From positions 5,890,001-5,954,000 of the forward strand of contig OZ038378.1 of the NCBI GenBank assembly GCA_964036045.1: DNA of 64,000 nt. Direction: 5' to 3'. Below are positions 46,201 to 60,200 of this stretch, one piece after another (the stretch's first letter is position 1; the number at the start of each line of letters is the position of its first letter). Below the pieces are notes generated by a model that was not told the origin of the DNA, did no database searches, and worked only from the letters and a program-made list of their open reading frames with translations. Position numbers and translations under genes: made by a program. The DNA is from Eutreptiella sp. 'Long Island Sound 2002'. Its lineage: Eukaryota; Protista; Euglenida.

Positions 46201-49200
46201 CTACATCACACCTACCTTCTCTACGTCCCCAATGTGAGGAGGAATCAAAGCGGCCACATCTCCCTTGCCTTGTGGGCGTCCGCAAAGGGAAGGGATATCA
46301 AAGTGCTTACATGAGATTGGCTTTCGCGGCGTTCCTAAAATGTGTAGGAACCAAAGAACCTACATCACACTTGCCTTTGCAGTGCAGCTAATTTTGACGA
46401 GATTGAAAGCGGCTGCACCAAGCTTGTGTTCCCAAAATCCCAAAAGTGGGGAGCACTGAAAGTGGCTACTCAAACGCTGGCCTCTCGGAGTAGGTAGACC
46501 AGTGACAAATTAACTAGTTGTGTCACCCCTAGCTTGCGAGCGTCCGAAAAATGAACATGAAATTGGCTCTATACATCAACGCAGCCTTCATCAGACACCC
46601 GAAAGCAAACTGGCTACGTACGCTTTGCCTACCCATGGGAATGAGAGTGGCAAGCATACGGACATGCCAAAGGATGGTGAAGAAGCCGATGCTCATGACC
46701 CGCGCCCGCTGTTGCCTATCCGCCACTGCGTCCACCCCCTCCGTGCCCCGAGGGCCCAACATGCAGCCCACCGCCCCGCCTGTGACCACACCCCAAACGG
46801 AGAAGGTGGCCGTGGAACCGGGGTTGGTGGCGCACTAGAGAGTGTTACTCTGTAGTCCGCAAAAACAAAAGAACTTTCTAACCTCCCTTAAAATGTGTTT
46901 GTGAGACCAAACGTTTTCTACTCCTAAACAATAAATGGTAAGCCCTACCACCCCTCGTGTGGGGGACTAGAACACCGATGGAGGTCACAATATGGGTGGG
47001 AGTGTGCCCCAAATGGGCAGGAGGGTGGCGGCCGATGTTGGATGGAGGAGACAATGAATCCGATGCATCGGAGGTTCGGTTACATTGGTGAAACCCCCGC
47101 TTACCTCTTTGGAACCCCAAAATGAGGAGGAATTAAAGTGGCTACGTCAAGATGGGCTCCCGGGATCCATAGACTAGGAAAGAATCTCCACGGCTGAAGA
47201 CCCCCTTTCTCCAAGTTACCACTACCAGTGTATTATTGGGGTCGCCGAAGTGGGGGTACACAATATGGCTAATTAACGAGGGTTGGTATTAAGTACTCGT
47301 GTCGTGTAGACGAATCAAACTGGGTACATCACAACTGCCTTGTCGGGGTCCCCAACGTGAGGAGGAATCAAAATGGCAAGATCACAAGCATGAAATCATA
47401 GTCCGCAGAATGGGAAGGGATGAAAGTAGCTACATCACGGCTAGCTTCTGTGGCTGCCAACTTGTACATTGGGCAAAGAACCGCCGCCGTTGGGAGGTCC
47501 AAAACATTGAGGATTCATATTAGCTATATGGCTACATAACCCCTGCCCTTCGAGGGTCGGCTCAATGGGGAGGACTCAATTTTCCTACATCGCCGCTACG
47601 CTCTTGCGCTCCCCAACGTGGGGAGGAATCAAGGCGAATAAATCACCGATGTCCGCTCGTGGTGGCCAAAGTTGGTAGCGGCAACATCATCAATGCCTGC
47701 GCTGGCCACTGAAGTCAAGGTTGATTTATATTGGCCACGCCACCGGTGCCTTCTTGACGTCCTAGTATCTAGGTCCATGCCCTTGGTATCGTAGTGGTGC
47801 ATAACCCCGGACTTTTTAGGGTGCACAAAGTGGGGAGGAGTCAATACGGTTGCATAACCACTGCCGTTTATGGTACCATGAATTGGGTAGGAATCAAGGT
47901 AGCTACATCACCCTTCCCTTCTCACGCTGCCCAATTCAAGGGTGATTTATATTGGCTACATCACCTGCACCTTCCGCAGGTCTGAAAGTGGGGAGGAATC
48001 AAAGTGGCAACCTCACATCCGCCGTTCCAACATGGGGAGGGAATCAAGCGGAAATGTCAAAAGATGATTTTCTCAGGATCGTCAAAGCTAGAGAGCAGTC
48101 AAACTAATTGCATAACCCTACCCTCTAGGGGACGACACTACTGCCACCTTGTCTTGGGGCCCAAACTGCGATGAATCACATTTGCCTCATCACCCCTACC
48201 TTCGTGATTTTTCAAAGTCGAAGACCAATCAAAGTGGCCTGGCCGGATCGGTACCCAAACTGAATAGGAATCAAAGTGCTTACATAACCCAAACTTTCCG
48301 GGTCCTTCAGAGTGCAAAGGAAGCAAAGTTGCCACAGAAACCCTGCCTTCTCGGGGTCCACAAAGTGTGAGGGAAAAGAGGAGGCTGCATCATCGTTGCC
48401 TTCGCAAGTACCCAAAAAGGGGGAGGAAACAAGGTGACCACATCAGCCTACCTTATCTGGGCCCCCAAAGTGGGAGGAATGCAAGTGACTACATGATTCC
48501 CAAACTGAGGTGGAAAGAATAGAAGTGGCGGAAAGCCATTGCCTTCTCAACATACCCAAAATGGAGAGGAATCAAAGTGGCTGTTGAGGGGCCAAGTACG
48601 GAAGAAATCAACCGGTGACATCACCCCTGCCTTCTTGCGGTCCAAAATATGGGGAGGAACCAAGGTACCCGCACCTCCTCCAGGTTCCTGCAACCAATGC
48701 CTTCTTGGGCCGCAGAAAGCGCAAGGACTTGAAAATGGCTACATGTCTATGCATTGGCGAGGTCCAAAAGCAAGGAGGAACCCCTGTTGGCGGCACAACC
48801 GCTACCTTCTCTGGGTCCCTAAAGTGGGGAGGAATGCAGGTGGCGACACAACCCTTGCCTAATTGTGGTCCCCAAAGTGGAAGGATATGGACGTGGCGGA
48901 ACAACCTATGTGTTCTGTAGGTACCCGAAGTGAAGAGGAATCATGGTGGCTTCATGAGCCACTCCTACTCGTCCTGAAAATGGAGAGCAATTCAATAGTC
49001 TACGTACATAGCCACTATCTTCTCGGCGTCCCTAGGGTGGTCATAGTCAAAGTGTATACATAAAAGCCACTTTATGAGTGTGCCCACTACCGCCGCTTTC
49101 TTCGGACATGCAAAGCCTGACGCAAAGTGGGAGAACTCAAGAGTGGATGTATATTTGTTGCCTTGTCGCGGTGCTAAAAGCAAGGAAGAGTGGCAATGCC

Positions 49201-49790
49201 TATAATCACCCGTTGCCTTGGGCTCTTGAGTGTTGCAGGGAATGAAGGTTGCTTCATACCCCTTGCCTTCTGCAATCCCCAAAGTGGGGAGGAATCGGGG
49301 CATAACCCGTGCTTGCTGCACGTCCCCATAGAGGGTTCGACGAGAAGTGGCGGATTCATCCATGGCTTCTCAAGATACGCAAAGTGGAGAGGAAACAAAG
49401 TGGCTACAAAAACCCTTGCCTTCTCGGGTCCCGAATCTGCGGAGGAGTCAAGGTGGGCACATACCCCCCCCCCCCCCGTCCTAAGGGGTGCAGCTGTCGT
49501 TGGCTGCCTTCTTGCGGTCACCATGGTGGGGAGACTCACAAATGGCTATATGATGGTTGCTTTGACCAACTGCCCAAAGAAAGGAGCAACAACAGTGTCA
49601 ATTATCACTGCGGCCATCGCGAGGTCCCAGAGGTGGGAAGGAATGAAGGTTCCTACATGGCCTCTGCCTTCTTAGTTCCCCAAACCGCGGAGGAATGCAG
49701 GTCGCTACATACTCCTTGCGTTCCCGGGGTCACCCTATTGGGGACAAAGAGAAGTGACGGATTCATCCATGCCTTCTCAAGTGCAGGCTA
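40300..49790 (+). repeat. Unidirectional degenerate ~54-bp satellite array with interspersed unique inserts
   Basis: Approximate consensus TGGCTACATAACCCCTGCCTTCTCGGGGTCCCCAAAGTGGGGAGGAATCAAAG recurs throughout on the same strand. Confidence 0.93.
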
Positions 49791-49959
49791 CTGGAAATGT
49801 AGGTAAATCTCATGGACCATAGAGACTAGAGGGGGAGCAGTGTGACCGATTGTCAGTAACCTGAGACCTTCCATCCACTATTATTCTTGTTACTTGCTCC
49901 AGCGTCCCAAATGGTGCAATATGCATGATACATATGACAACAATGTGTCGCACATTTGG

Positions 49960-52420
49960 ACCCCGGGATGGCCCCTGTGGTTTGCAACCTGGTAGGGTAC
50001 ATATCTCCCGAGATCACTTGCTTGCGCACAAGGGGTTCCGTGGCATAGGCTCCGTGATGCATGTTGACTAATTAAGCCGTTGGCAGTTGGAACAGCTCAA
50101 AGAGCTGGGACTACCGTTGGAACCTAGGGGGGGAAATCATGCCAGATACGGGAAAGGGGGGGGGGGGTCAAAGCACGTAGGGTGCCGGCTCTGGTGCGTT
50201 GTGCCGTGTTTTGATGAATGTAAATAAATGCGGCATGGACAGGACAAACTAACTTGTTTGCACACACCCATTCTTCAGGGTTTCAAGTGGAAGATGTTCC
50301 CCACAAATGCCATTGTAAACAATGGGGTCACCACGCACGAAAACGGATTCCAGGTCGCCCACAATCACCAACGAACATTTTCAAAATTGATTGGCGCCCC
50401 ATCCCTTACTCCCCCAGCAATGGAAGGTGGTAGACAATGTATTAAGCACGAGATCCAATATGAAAAAATGCAACCACTGGCCGTATCCGGTCTATTTTCT
50501 GAGCCGCCATCAAATGTGGCATCGAGGTTTGCCAATAGCTTAGCATAACGTAGTGCAACTACATGTCATGCCGCACGTGGGTGACGATTGGAGCATCAAC
50601 TTGCGTGCAATATGCCACAGAAGACTCTGCCGTGCAACTCTCCCACGGCACACTTCTAATTGGGCACCATTCATATAGAGCCTTGGGGGCAATGACCCGC
50701 AACCGAGGAGACGTATAATGTGCATGGTCCGCTTTGAATTACATATTGGCTTTTAAACATCCAAACAAAACGTACAAAGGTGAGCTGAAAGAGATCAAAG
50801 GATGTGGGACCATCGTACCGCGCATGGGTGTTCGCCACTTGAGGGCTATATGTAAACACCAAGGCTTACCCCAAGTGTTCGCTACAAAGCTGCGAATCAA
50901 CACATCCCGCACGCGGTCCCGCATGAGGCTACACGTGTGGTGTGGTGCGCGCACATTTTTCAACAATGCCCCGGGGAACATTTGGAGGGAGCAGCGAGGC
51001 ACACCACGCCCCGATTGACGGACGATTGTGTATCATGGCGGAAACCGAGTGCACCCACAACTCAATGTCTCAAAAGCACATGCAAAATTGTGTATGCAAA
51101 GCAGCTTTGGTGACATAAAGTTGTGGTTGAGGAAATCACGGACCATTTCATTACATTGCAGGCCATAGACGAAACACCAATGATAAACGGTCGGGCCAAC
51201 CATGCACGTATACACTACAAGGAGCATAAGATATAATGGCATGGATTGGGTTTAAAGCGCATATAGCCCAACATGCCGCGCACGCTTGTCAAACTCATTC
51301 GAAAATTCAGAAAAGCTTTGTACGTGGATAGACAAGACACACAATGCCTTGTATTGCAAAGGGGGGGGGGGGGATTGGATGTGCTTAGAACAATGGTGAG
51401 AGCGCTTTTATGACATATTCTTACTTCCTTTGTTCCACAACATCATGGAGTTCGAAGCGTTCTATAATGACTTTTACGGCATAGCAGACGAAGTATGGGC
51501 ACATGTAACGGGGGCGGCAACACGGGGATACATGTATCTTCAAAACAAAATCATAATGTTTATGGAATTGGAAAGCAACATACCATGGGGCTCGGTAGTG
51601 CTACTCGAAATGACACCGTGTAGGCTGAGATAGGACATCAACTACCGGTGCCTGGCATGTGACCTAACGTACTGGATCTACACCCTACAAGTACTGCCTA
51701 TGAACGTGGATGACATTCGCAGTATGTAGCTCTTCAAATGCAGTACTACCGCTTCCGTCATGTCTAAAGGCCAAGGGGACAACCATGTATGCCACAGATG
51801 TCCCATGCTCGGGGTCGTGGCGGCATGTCCCATGCTCGGGGTCGTCGCGGATTGCTTGTCCATGGCACGGATGTCCACACTATCTAGCAATATGTGCCCA
51901 TGGGTTTCCGGCTACAACGTGTGTGCACAACACCCAGTGGTGCCGGCCACCGGAATTGTGCGTAGGTTTCATGCAGAGGGACATTCACTATGGCAAGCAT
52001 GGATGGAATTTGTCATTTATGTTCTGGTTCCTCACAAGCATGCAAGACAAACGCACATGCTTGCGTGGAGACATCCTCTCCCATTCAAAGCTAGTGTAAC
52101 GTATGCTGCATACCGTGTATCTTTTTGTGGGACATCAACCTGTATTGGACGTCTGTTGGTGGCTTGCTTTCAAGCACCTCGCACAACTGCAGAACATAGT
52201 TCTTGACCATAGACTCTCAAGGACAGGGCTACAACATTGCGCTAACGGACACAAAATCGACAGCATCTTCTATTTCAAGAATTGCATTCCGCCAGGTTGG
52301 AAGTCATCAATGTGTGTGACGACATTGACGATCTTGGGGAGTTGTGCTAGAGTTAAGCATAACATGGTTAGGAACTACTTCAATGTTGTCGTTTATTCCG
52401 TGCATCCCTGCTGGCAATAG
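49960..52420 (-). pseudogene. Penelope-like RT remnant (copy 2, retains a further ~1.4 kb absent from copy 1)
   Basis: Same motifs at 51420-52420, plus GYMRFKPNPCHY (Y.KPT thumb-like) near 51235-51270. No convincing GIY-YIG seen. Confidence 0.45.
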
Positions 52421-54289
52421 TGAAGTGTCGCATGCGGAATTCGATAGCAAGGGCTCAGCTTGTTGTAACGCTTCATGACCACCGAGCTGGAAGGCTTTGA
52501 AATTGTAATTTCAAATTGCCCCTCACAAAATCCTCCTTTTGCAGCCAATGTGGGCAATATCAAGGAATACAACAAATGTGGTCTGTGCTTCATTTGTGTC
52601 ACCTCACACCTCAAGGTAACGTGCAGAGAACCGGGTATCAAATGTGAAACAAAAGCAGTTTTTGGTCCCTCATGCCATTCGCCTACCTGCCCTTCACTGA
52701 AGCTCTTTCATACTCTTAACCCTTGCCCCCCCCCCCCCCCCCTCACGCCACCCCCCCAATGCAGGTGCGGTGCCGCCCCCTCGAAAGACTATGGGGCAAG
52801 TGCACGGGTGGAGTACACTACTAAAGTGCGCCATGCTATTGTTGTGCTGTGATGTGCTACTGTTGGCGTTGTTATATGTTACTGCGGTGTTGTGCTATTC
52901 TACTTTTGTGCAAGTATTGTGATATTGATGTGCTATTGATGTGATGTGTTGTGCTAATGATGCACTGCGCAATGATACTATTATGATGTGATGTGCTACT
53001 CCAGTGTTGTGTTGTACTACTTCTCTACCGTGCTATGGTACTACTATTGATGTTCTGCGCTATTGTTCAGATGTGCTATGCTAATGTTGTGCACCACACG
53101 CCATTTGCATCGTTGCGGTGGCCGAATTGGAAAATAACCTTTCCTTGCGCGCCATTGGTTCCAATGGTAATTTTTCTTGATATTCTTTTCGATATGGTAA
53201 CTATGACCAATATTTTATAGTGAACGAGCAGAAGGTGTCCATCACAATAATCCATGCACAAGCCAACCTATTCCTCATTCTTAATGTACTTTCAGAAAGA
53301 ACAACGTCCCATGGGCTTTCATGACATGCCGTGCGCGTCTGTTGACTTCACCTATTGATAGCACCATTGTATCTGGTACATGCACAACACCATCTCCTTG
53401 CACAACATAACCCTACTTGCCAAGCAGAATGATCAGGGGCAACAAGAATTTTCGGCATTTATGCCGCGTTTGCTTTTGAACCTGTTGTCAACATTCCGGG
53501 TTGGTTTTTTATTAAGATCCATAAGAAAACATGCAAATGGTGTAGTATTTGTTGGCTGTGCACTACACATGCTTTTTTGTTTCGTTTGACAAAAGAACTG
53601 TCTTTGGAACACATTTTGCATTTCTTTGTTGCAAGTTTGAGCCCCGTGTGTTGTTTCCATGGTTGCAATCAAGCTGGTTGTTTGATGTTGCACAGGTTGT
53701 TGAGCCATCTGTTACTATTCATTATGGCTGTTGCAAAAGGGAAAAAATCCCAAAACACCGCTGGTTTTTGTGCCCAGGTGATCGCAAGCGTAGAAACCTT
53801 GCATGATGCCATTGGATTTCCTTCCACGTTGTATGCCTTTGTTGCACATAATGCACAATAATGCACAACTACAATACTCCTCTCACACTACTTCTCAATC
53901 CTAACACTTCAACATCTTTTTTCAAAAAAGAAACAGCACTTTGGAGTCGCCAACACTACCACTCCACCTTTCCACTCACCCTTGGTTCCGTGAACCATTT
54001 GTGCCATTGGTGTACGTGTGGGTCTATACATAGGACTATGCCACATTCATTGCACATTGCATGACCTATCTATACTTCCTTAGTAGGGCCGTCATTACAT
54101 TCTACTTTCCCCCCATCTAGCTTGACCTTGGGTCCTGCTTGTTCAAAAACCCTTAACATCCTGGAGAGCACCGTAGGGGTCCAAAGCGTCTAGTTCACAT
54201 ACGTGTTCTCCGCACACCCAAGGTGGACTATAAGCAAATTAACTACACAGAGAGTACTTTCTCGGCGGTGTTGCTACCGCTGCCATCGC

Positions 54290-57200
54290 ACAGTCCCTAG
54301 GGTGGGGCAAATCAAAGGGGCCACATCACCGCTCCTGCCACCACCCCCAACTTTGGGGAACCTCGGAAGGCAACGGTGATGCTCCCATCTTCTTCCCTTC
54401 CCACTTTGGGGCCGCCAATGAGGGAGGGGTTGTGTTGCCCCTATGTTTCTTTTACCATCACAAGGCCCTCGCGAAGTTGGGATTATATAGGTTCTTGGAT
54501 TCCTCTTGAGTTTGGGGAACCTTAGGGGCCAAAGAAGCTACATTACCCTTGTCTTCTCGGGCCCTGTGCAGTGAAAGAGAAATGCCACTAGCTACACGCC
54601 AAACCCCACGTTCTTAAGTTGCCCAAAATGGAATGGAATGGATGTGGCGGAATACCCATTGCGGTCTACAAGGTGTCCAACATGGAGAAGAATGGAACTA
54701 GCTGCACAACCTGTACAATCTCGGGGTCCCCAGGTCGAGGAGGAATGCAGGTTGCAACAACTCAAGGTGCCCATACTCAGGAGGAAGAGGTGGTGGCGAA
54801 AGAACCATTGCATTCTCAACGTACACAAAGTGGAGAGGAAGCAAAATGGCTACATAATTGTTGCCTTCTCGGGGTCCCCAAAACGGGGAGCAAGTGAATG
54901 GGCTATATAACCCTTGCCATATGGGGGTCGGCGATGCGGGCACGAAGGAAAGTGTGTACACAAAGCCCACCTTGTTAGCGTTCCTAACACCGCTAACACC
55001 CAAAGTGGAAGAACTAAACAACGGATGAAAATTTGTTGCCTTGTCAGGGTGCCGAAAGCAAGGAGAAATCGCAGTGGCTATAATCATTGATGGCTTGGGC
55101 TCTTGAGCATTGGGGGGAACGAAGGTTGCTACGTGCTTGCCTTCCCGATTCCCCAAAGTGGGGAGGAATCACGGCACAACGACTGCTTTCTGCGGGTCCC
55201 CATAGAGAGGACAACGAGAAAAAAGGTTAGCTTTGGCCAGCAAGACTCCATCACCGGGGATGTCTTGGACCTGGCAGGGTCTTTGTGACCCTTTATGTGG
55301 GCTCAAGGTGGAGGAGCGGCCGGGGGGGCTGCACGAAGGCCGCCACCGCCGCAGCTTCCTCACCTCCCTCCAACAGGGAGGGCATCTTTTGGGCAGGGGG
55401 ACCATTTTCAGTCAATCGGGTCCTCAAGGGGATAGAATGAGTGATGAGAATATGAGAGTCGAAGCAACGACGTGCTTATTGCTCAGCGTGTCGGTCTTTT
55501 GGCATTTTCTTCCGGACCCACTAAAAGAGAGGGGCACCAAATTTGCAAAGTCGTCCATGGTTTTGTTTGTTCATTAGGAAATGCTGTTCGCGAAAAAGAC
55601 GCACGTTGTATTCGGTTGTTAGTCTCCATGGGCCACCCCAGGCCCAGTGCGGCGTGCATGTGCAAGTGGTGCATGCCGCAGTGTGTGTGCTGTGCCCATG
55701 GCCTATCTTCCGGGGGGGGGGGGGCTACTCTACTAGAGTGTTTCACTGCCATACTGCCCCCTGTGTCCAAAGTGCAGCATGCACGCATGCCACAGTGATT
55801 CTAGAGGCTGACAACTATCCAAGCTATCCCTCCTCTTGCGAGAAGAGCGCCATTGTCAAAAAAACATGAGGTGTTGTTTTTTTCAACCTTTGGAAACATG
55901 GAATGTGGCGGTTCTGGACAAGAATTTTCCCGTTCTAGGGGGGCTTGAGAGTGGGGGAGGGAGGTCAACGCATCATCCCTTGACAGCGATCGCCATTCTT
56001 CCCATACCATTCGGGCGGAGTGTGAATTGGTCGTTGTGTGTTGACCCCCCGTTTTGGGGCGGCTGCAATCCCCTGTTTAGAGAGGTTGAGCCGGGCGGGC
56101 ATGTGCGGGGCAATGTGTTGTGCACGTGCCTCAAAGCAGCTGTGCACCTATCTGGGATGAAAGGGTGTCTGCTCAAGGGTGGGGTACCCCACACCCCATT
56201 CTGATTTCCCCCCTTCCAATCGTTGGGCACTCCATCCCCTTCCTCCGGTGCCGTGCTACAAGCGCCCTACATCTAGAGACCCAATTTTTCTCGGGACCAA
56301 AGTCTTCCTTGTTGCTGCATGGCCACGGGTCATTGGGTGAACGGGGGTGCAGCTCCCTTTGGCAAGTGGCGGAATAACTCATGGCTTTTGGAGGTACACA
56401 TAGTGGAGAGGAAGGAAAGGGGCTACAAAAACTTGTTCCTTCTTGGGCTCCCCATCGTAGAGAGGAATTCAAAAGGATACATCACCCCTGCCTTCTCGGG
56501 CCCCTAAAGTATAGAGGATTCAAGGTGAGTACATCAATGCACAACAATCTTGTTGCGATGTACCGATTCAACATACTAGTAACTATAATGACCTAGTGCT
56601 CAACAAAATCGACCCCAGCCGACGACATCATGCCCTGGCTAGACCTCCCCGATGTTGCCGCGGAGCTGCCGGGGGTATGGGCTTCGGACACCGGCAGTGT
56701 CTATGCTTTTGTGTCCAACCTATCGGCCGGCAATGAGATCAGGTGGTTCCTGATGGTTTTGTTCAGGCGAAGAATTAGCCCAGAAGGCGAAGCCCAGAAA
56801 GCCCAGAAAGCTGTGTCAGGTTAATCAATGCAGCAGCCAAGCGCGCAAAGGGGGCTGGTGCACAAGGTACTATGGCGGCCTGGTTTGGTGCCGCGAGCGC
56901 CGAAAGTATGTTTTGTGCCATTGAGGGGTGGTTAGTTCGGCTACAGCAGTTGACAGAATTGAGTCCCACCCAATGTGGACCGGAGTACGTTGAATGGGAC
57001 CGAAGGTTTACGCTCAGGCGCTGGGTGCGCACATGTGCGAGAGCATAGCATACTTCCTGCTCGCATCCATGCTGCAGATGTCCAGCAAAGGAGCCGAAGC
57101 CGAAGCCGGAGCCGAAGCCGGAGGCGAAGCCGAAGCCGGAGGCGAAAGTTATGCTGGGTACGGAGGAGTTCCTGGAGGAATGGGGAATGTTGAGAGGTTG

Positions 57201-60200
57201 TTATTATTTTGCCCAATAAAATGCTCCCGTGTGCGCGCCTGCTGGTGGTGGGGTTGGGGGTAGTGCGGCATTGCGTGGCAGTGGTCTGGGGCTGGGTCAA
57301 TTTGGTGACAGCGGCTGCAGTGAAGCAGGTGAAGATAGTGCCACTTGGCCGATACCTTGCCTCCACCCCACGCTCCACCCGTGCTCAGTTGCTCCAGCGG
57401 GCAATTGAGCTCCGTAGCAGGGTCATCAAAAGTGGGGATTGTATCAAGATCTGCTCCGCATTGCAACTGGCGGCAACTAGTGCACATATATTCAAGATAG
57501 AAATACATACAAGTGTATTTCAATGTCTCTGCCATTTTGCAATAGATCTTTGTAGAATGATGTCACTCACAGAGAAACTTTGGACAGTAATCGAAGAGAT
57601 CTTGCCCGTACTTTTGGTATCGTGGGCTTCCCTTGCAGCCGTTCCCTAAATTTTGCTTCATGTTGCTAATGTGGCTAAGATTTCGTGCTGCAAACACTTC
57701 CTCCCGTTTGGTTTCCCCGCAGGTGATGGCGCGGGTTGTGGAAGGCGAATAAGGAGGAGACGATTGACGGGTAGTTTCAAGACGTAGATTCTGGTGATGA
57801 TGTGAAGGACGTTGGCAAGGGCCCTGTGTTTATTGGTTTTTCTGCTTCTAGATATGCATTCTTGGAGAGTGAAGGCAAGGTCTGTGTGCAGCGCAGATGC
57901 CTTCAGTTGTAGGATGGGCATGGTTCCCAGCTTGAGTTCCCTGTCTGCCTTATCCTGCCCCCCCCCCCTTTGGAACCCCCATTCTGCAATGGAGTATGGC
58001 ATTCGTTGGTTCACGGGCACCAGGGAGTTTCAGTCAGTTTTATTGTCACCCGGTCTAAGTGAAGAAAAACCCGTCACAAAAACCCAGGGTCTCCTGGGGG
58101 GGGTCCCCCCCACAGCCCCCCCCATCCCCCCCCCCCCCCGTGCAAAATGGAGCAATAGACACGTGAGCTGGTTCCAGCATTTCATGTTCTTTGTCGTAGG
58201 TACACAAAAAAATGTCTGCAATGCATCACGTAGTGTATGCAAAACTGCCGTGCATTATGTAGTCAGTTCGATTCTTAAAAGGCGACGATGATGAGTCCGA
58301 TGTACATTTATAATGGGAGATGTGCACCCCCATCTCCTTAGGGTTGCAGCTACTGTTGGCCGCCTTCTTGGGGTCACCATGGTGGGGACACTCAAAAATG
58401 GTGATATAATGGTTGCCTTGTCCGGCCGCCCAAAGAAACGAGGAATCACAATGACAATTATCACCCTGGCCATCGTGAAGTCCCAAAGGTTGGGAGGAAT
58501 GAAGAATCCTACATAACCTCTGCCTTTTGAGTTCCCCAAAACGGGGAGGAATGCAGGTCGCTATATACTCCTTGCGTTCCTAGGGTCACCAAAGTGGGTG
58601 GCGTATTATTCCATGCCTTCTCAAGGTACCCAAGGTGGAGAGGAATCAAAGTGGTTGCATAACCCCTGCCCTCCGGGGGTCTCCAAAAGCGGCAGGAGTT
58701 CAATTGGCTACATCTCTACTGCCTTCTCAGCCTCCCCAACGTCCACAAAGAGCACAGGAATCCTTTGCTTTCTCGCCTTTCTACCACTACAGAGTATCAA
58801 ATACAATACATCACTATAGCGGTCGCACGGTAACGGCTTTTGGAAGCAATGAAGTGGCTACACCACCGTTGCCTTTTGAATGTCCCCAAAGTGGGGACAA
58901 GGGCAATTGGCTACTCAAACCTTGGCTTCTCGGGGTAAGTACAATGGCCACCAATAGAAACGCCTAAATCACTCCTAGCTTGGGTGCTTCCAAAAAACAC
59001 GGATCGAATTCCTTGTGCACATGAGCCCCGCACTCACAACTTACACAAAGGAATCAAACCCGCTACGCACCCATCGCCTTCACATGGCAATGAAATTGGG
59101 GAGCAATGAAATCAGCGAATATTCCACGCAACACTTCATTCTTTGGGTCCCAAAAGTGGCGAGGAATTGAGAGTGTCTACAGCACGACGGTCTTCGAAGA
59201 TCCACAAGAAAGAAAGAAAACTGCTATGCACCACGTATCTTCTCTAGGTTCCTGTTTCCGGTGTGACTTTTGGGGTACTTGAAGTGCGAGTACTGAACAT
59301 CGCAACGTATACCGTGTTCACTGAAGCCCCCCTACCTCTTGAGGAATCAAAGTGACCACATCACACCTGCCTTCTCTTCCTTCTTCGGGTCCCCAGAGTG
59401 GGAAGGAACGAAAATTGCTATAGCACCACTACCTTGCGAATTCTCCAACATGGGAGGGGAGATGTCGAAGCCGCGTGGTTCACATTTGTGTTCTTGGGGT
59501 GCGCAAGTGGACCGCAACCAAATTGGTCACACAACCACTACCTTCTCGGGGTCATCGGTACCGCGGTCTTCTCAGATTCCCCAAAGTGGGGTAAATCAAA
59601 ATGGCCTGCCTTCTCCGGTCCCCATAAGTGAAGAGGAATCAAACATGCGCAATGTTCCTTCCTTTCTAGGGTGCCGATGATGACGCGGGAATTAAAATAC
59701 CAAAAAAAATGCGCCCTCACGGCACACCCAATGTGGGAGGGAAAGGAGCGACATCATCGCTGCCTTCCCAAGGTCCCTAAGGTGGGCAGTATAATGCAAT
59801 TAATGCAATTGGCTACCTAAGTCCTACTAGTTCTCGGGGTCCCCACAGTGGGAAGGATATGATGTGGCAAAACAACCATTCGGTTCTCAACGTGCCCCAC
59901 ATGCGTACAGCGCGCGTCCCGCGTCCAAAACTACTTGCACCAAGGAGGTGACAGGGCATGCTAGAATGACGGAGCAAGCAAAACAAAAGGCATGGATCGA
60001 GCCATAGAAAATGCCCGTCCTGCCTCTCCCCGGCATGCACCCGGACCCACCATGCATGGAACGGGACCTACATCTCCATGAGGCCGACCACATGTGGCCC
60101 GAATGCACACAACCACATGTTATCGTTTGTAGGCACTGTTGAGGGCAAGTTGTGCGGCCAATCCTGCCCGCACACCGTGCCCAAGGCATCACGTGCACCT

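Larger units (their letters stand above)
37306..49790 (+). repeat. Segmental tandem duplication, copy 1 (~12.5 kb)
   Basis: Colinear near-identity with 49791-64000. Offsets are 13868 (37562/51430), 13986 (39007/52993), 14988 (43521/58509) and 14745 (48863/63608). Confidence 0.97.
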
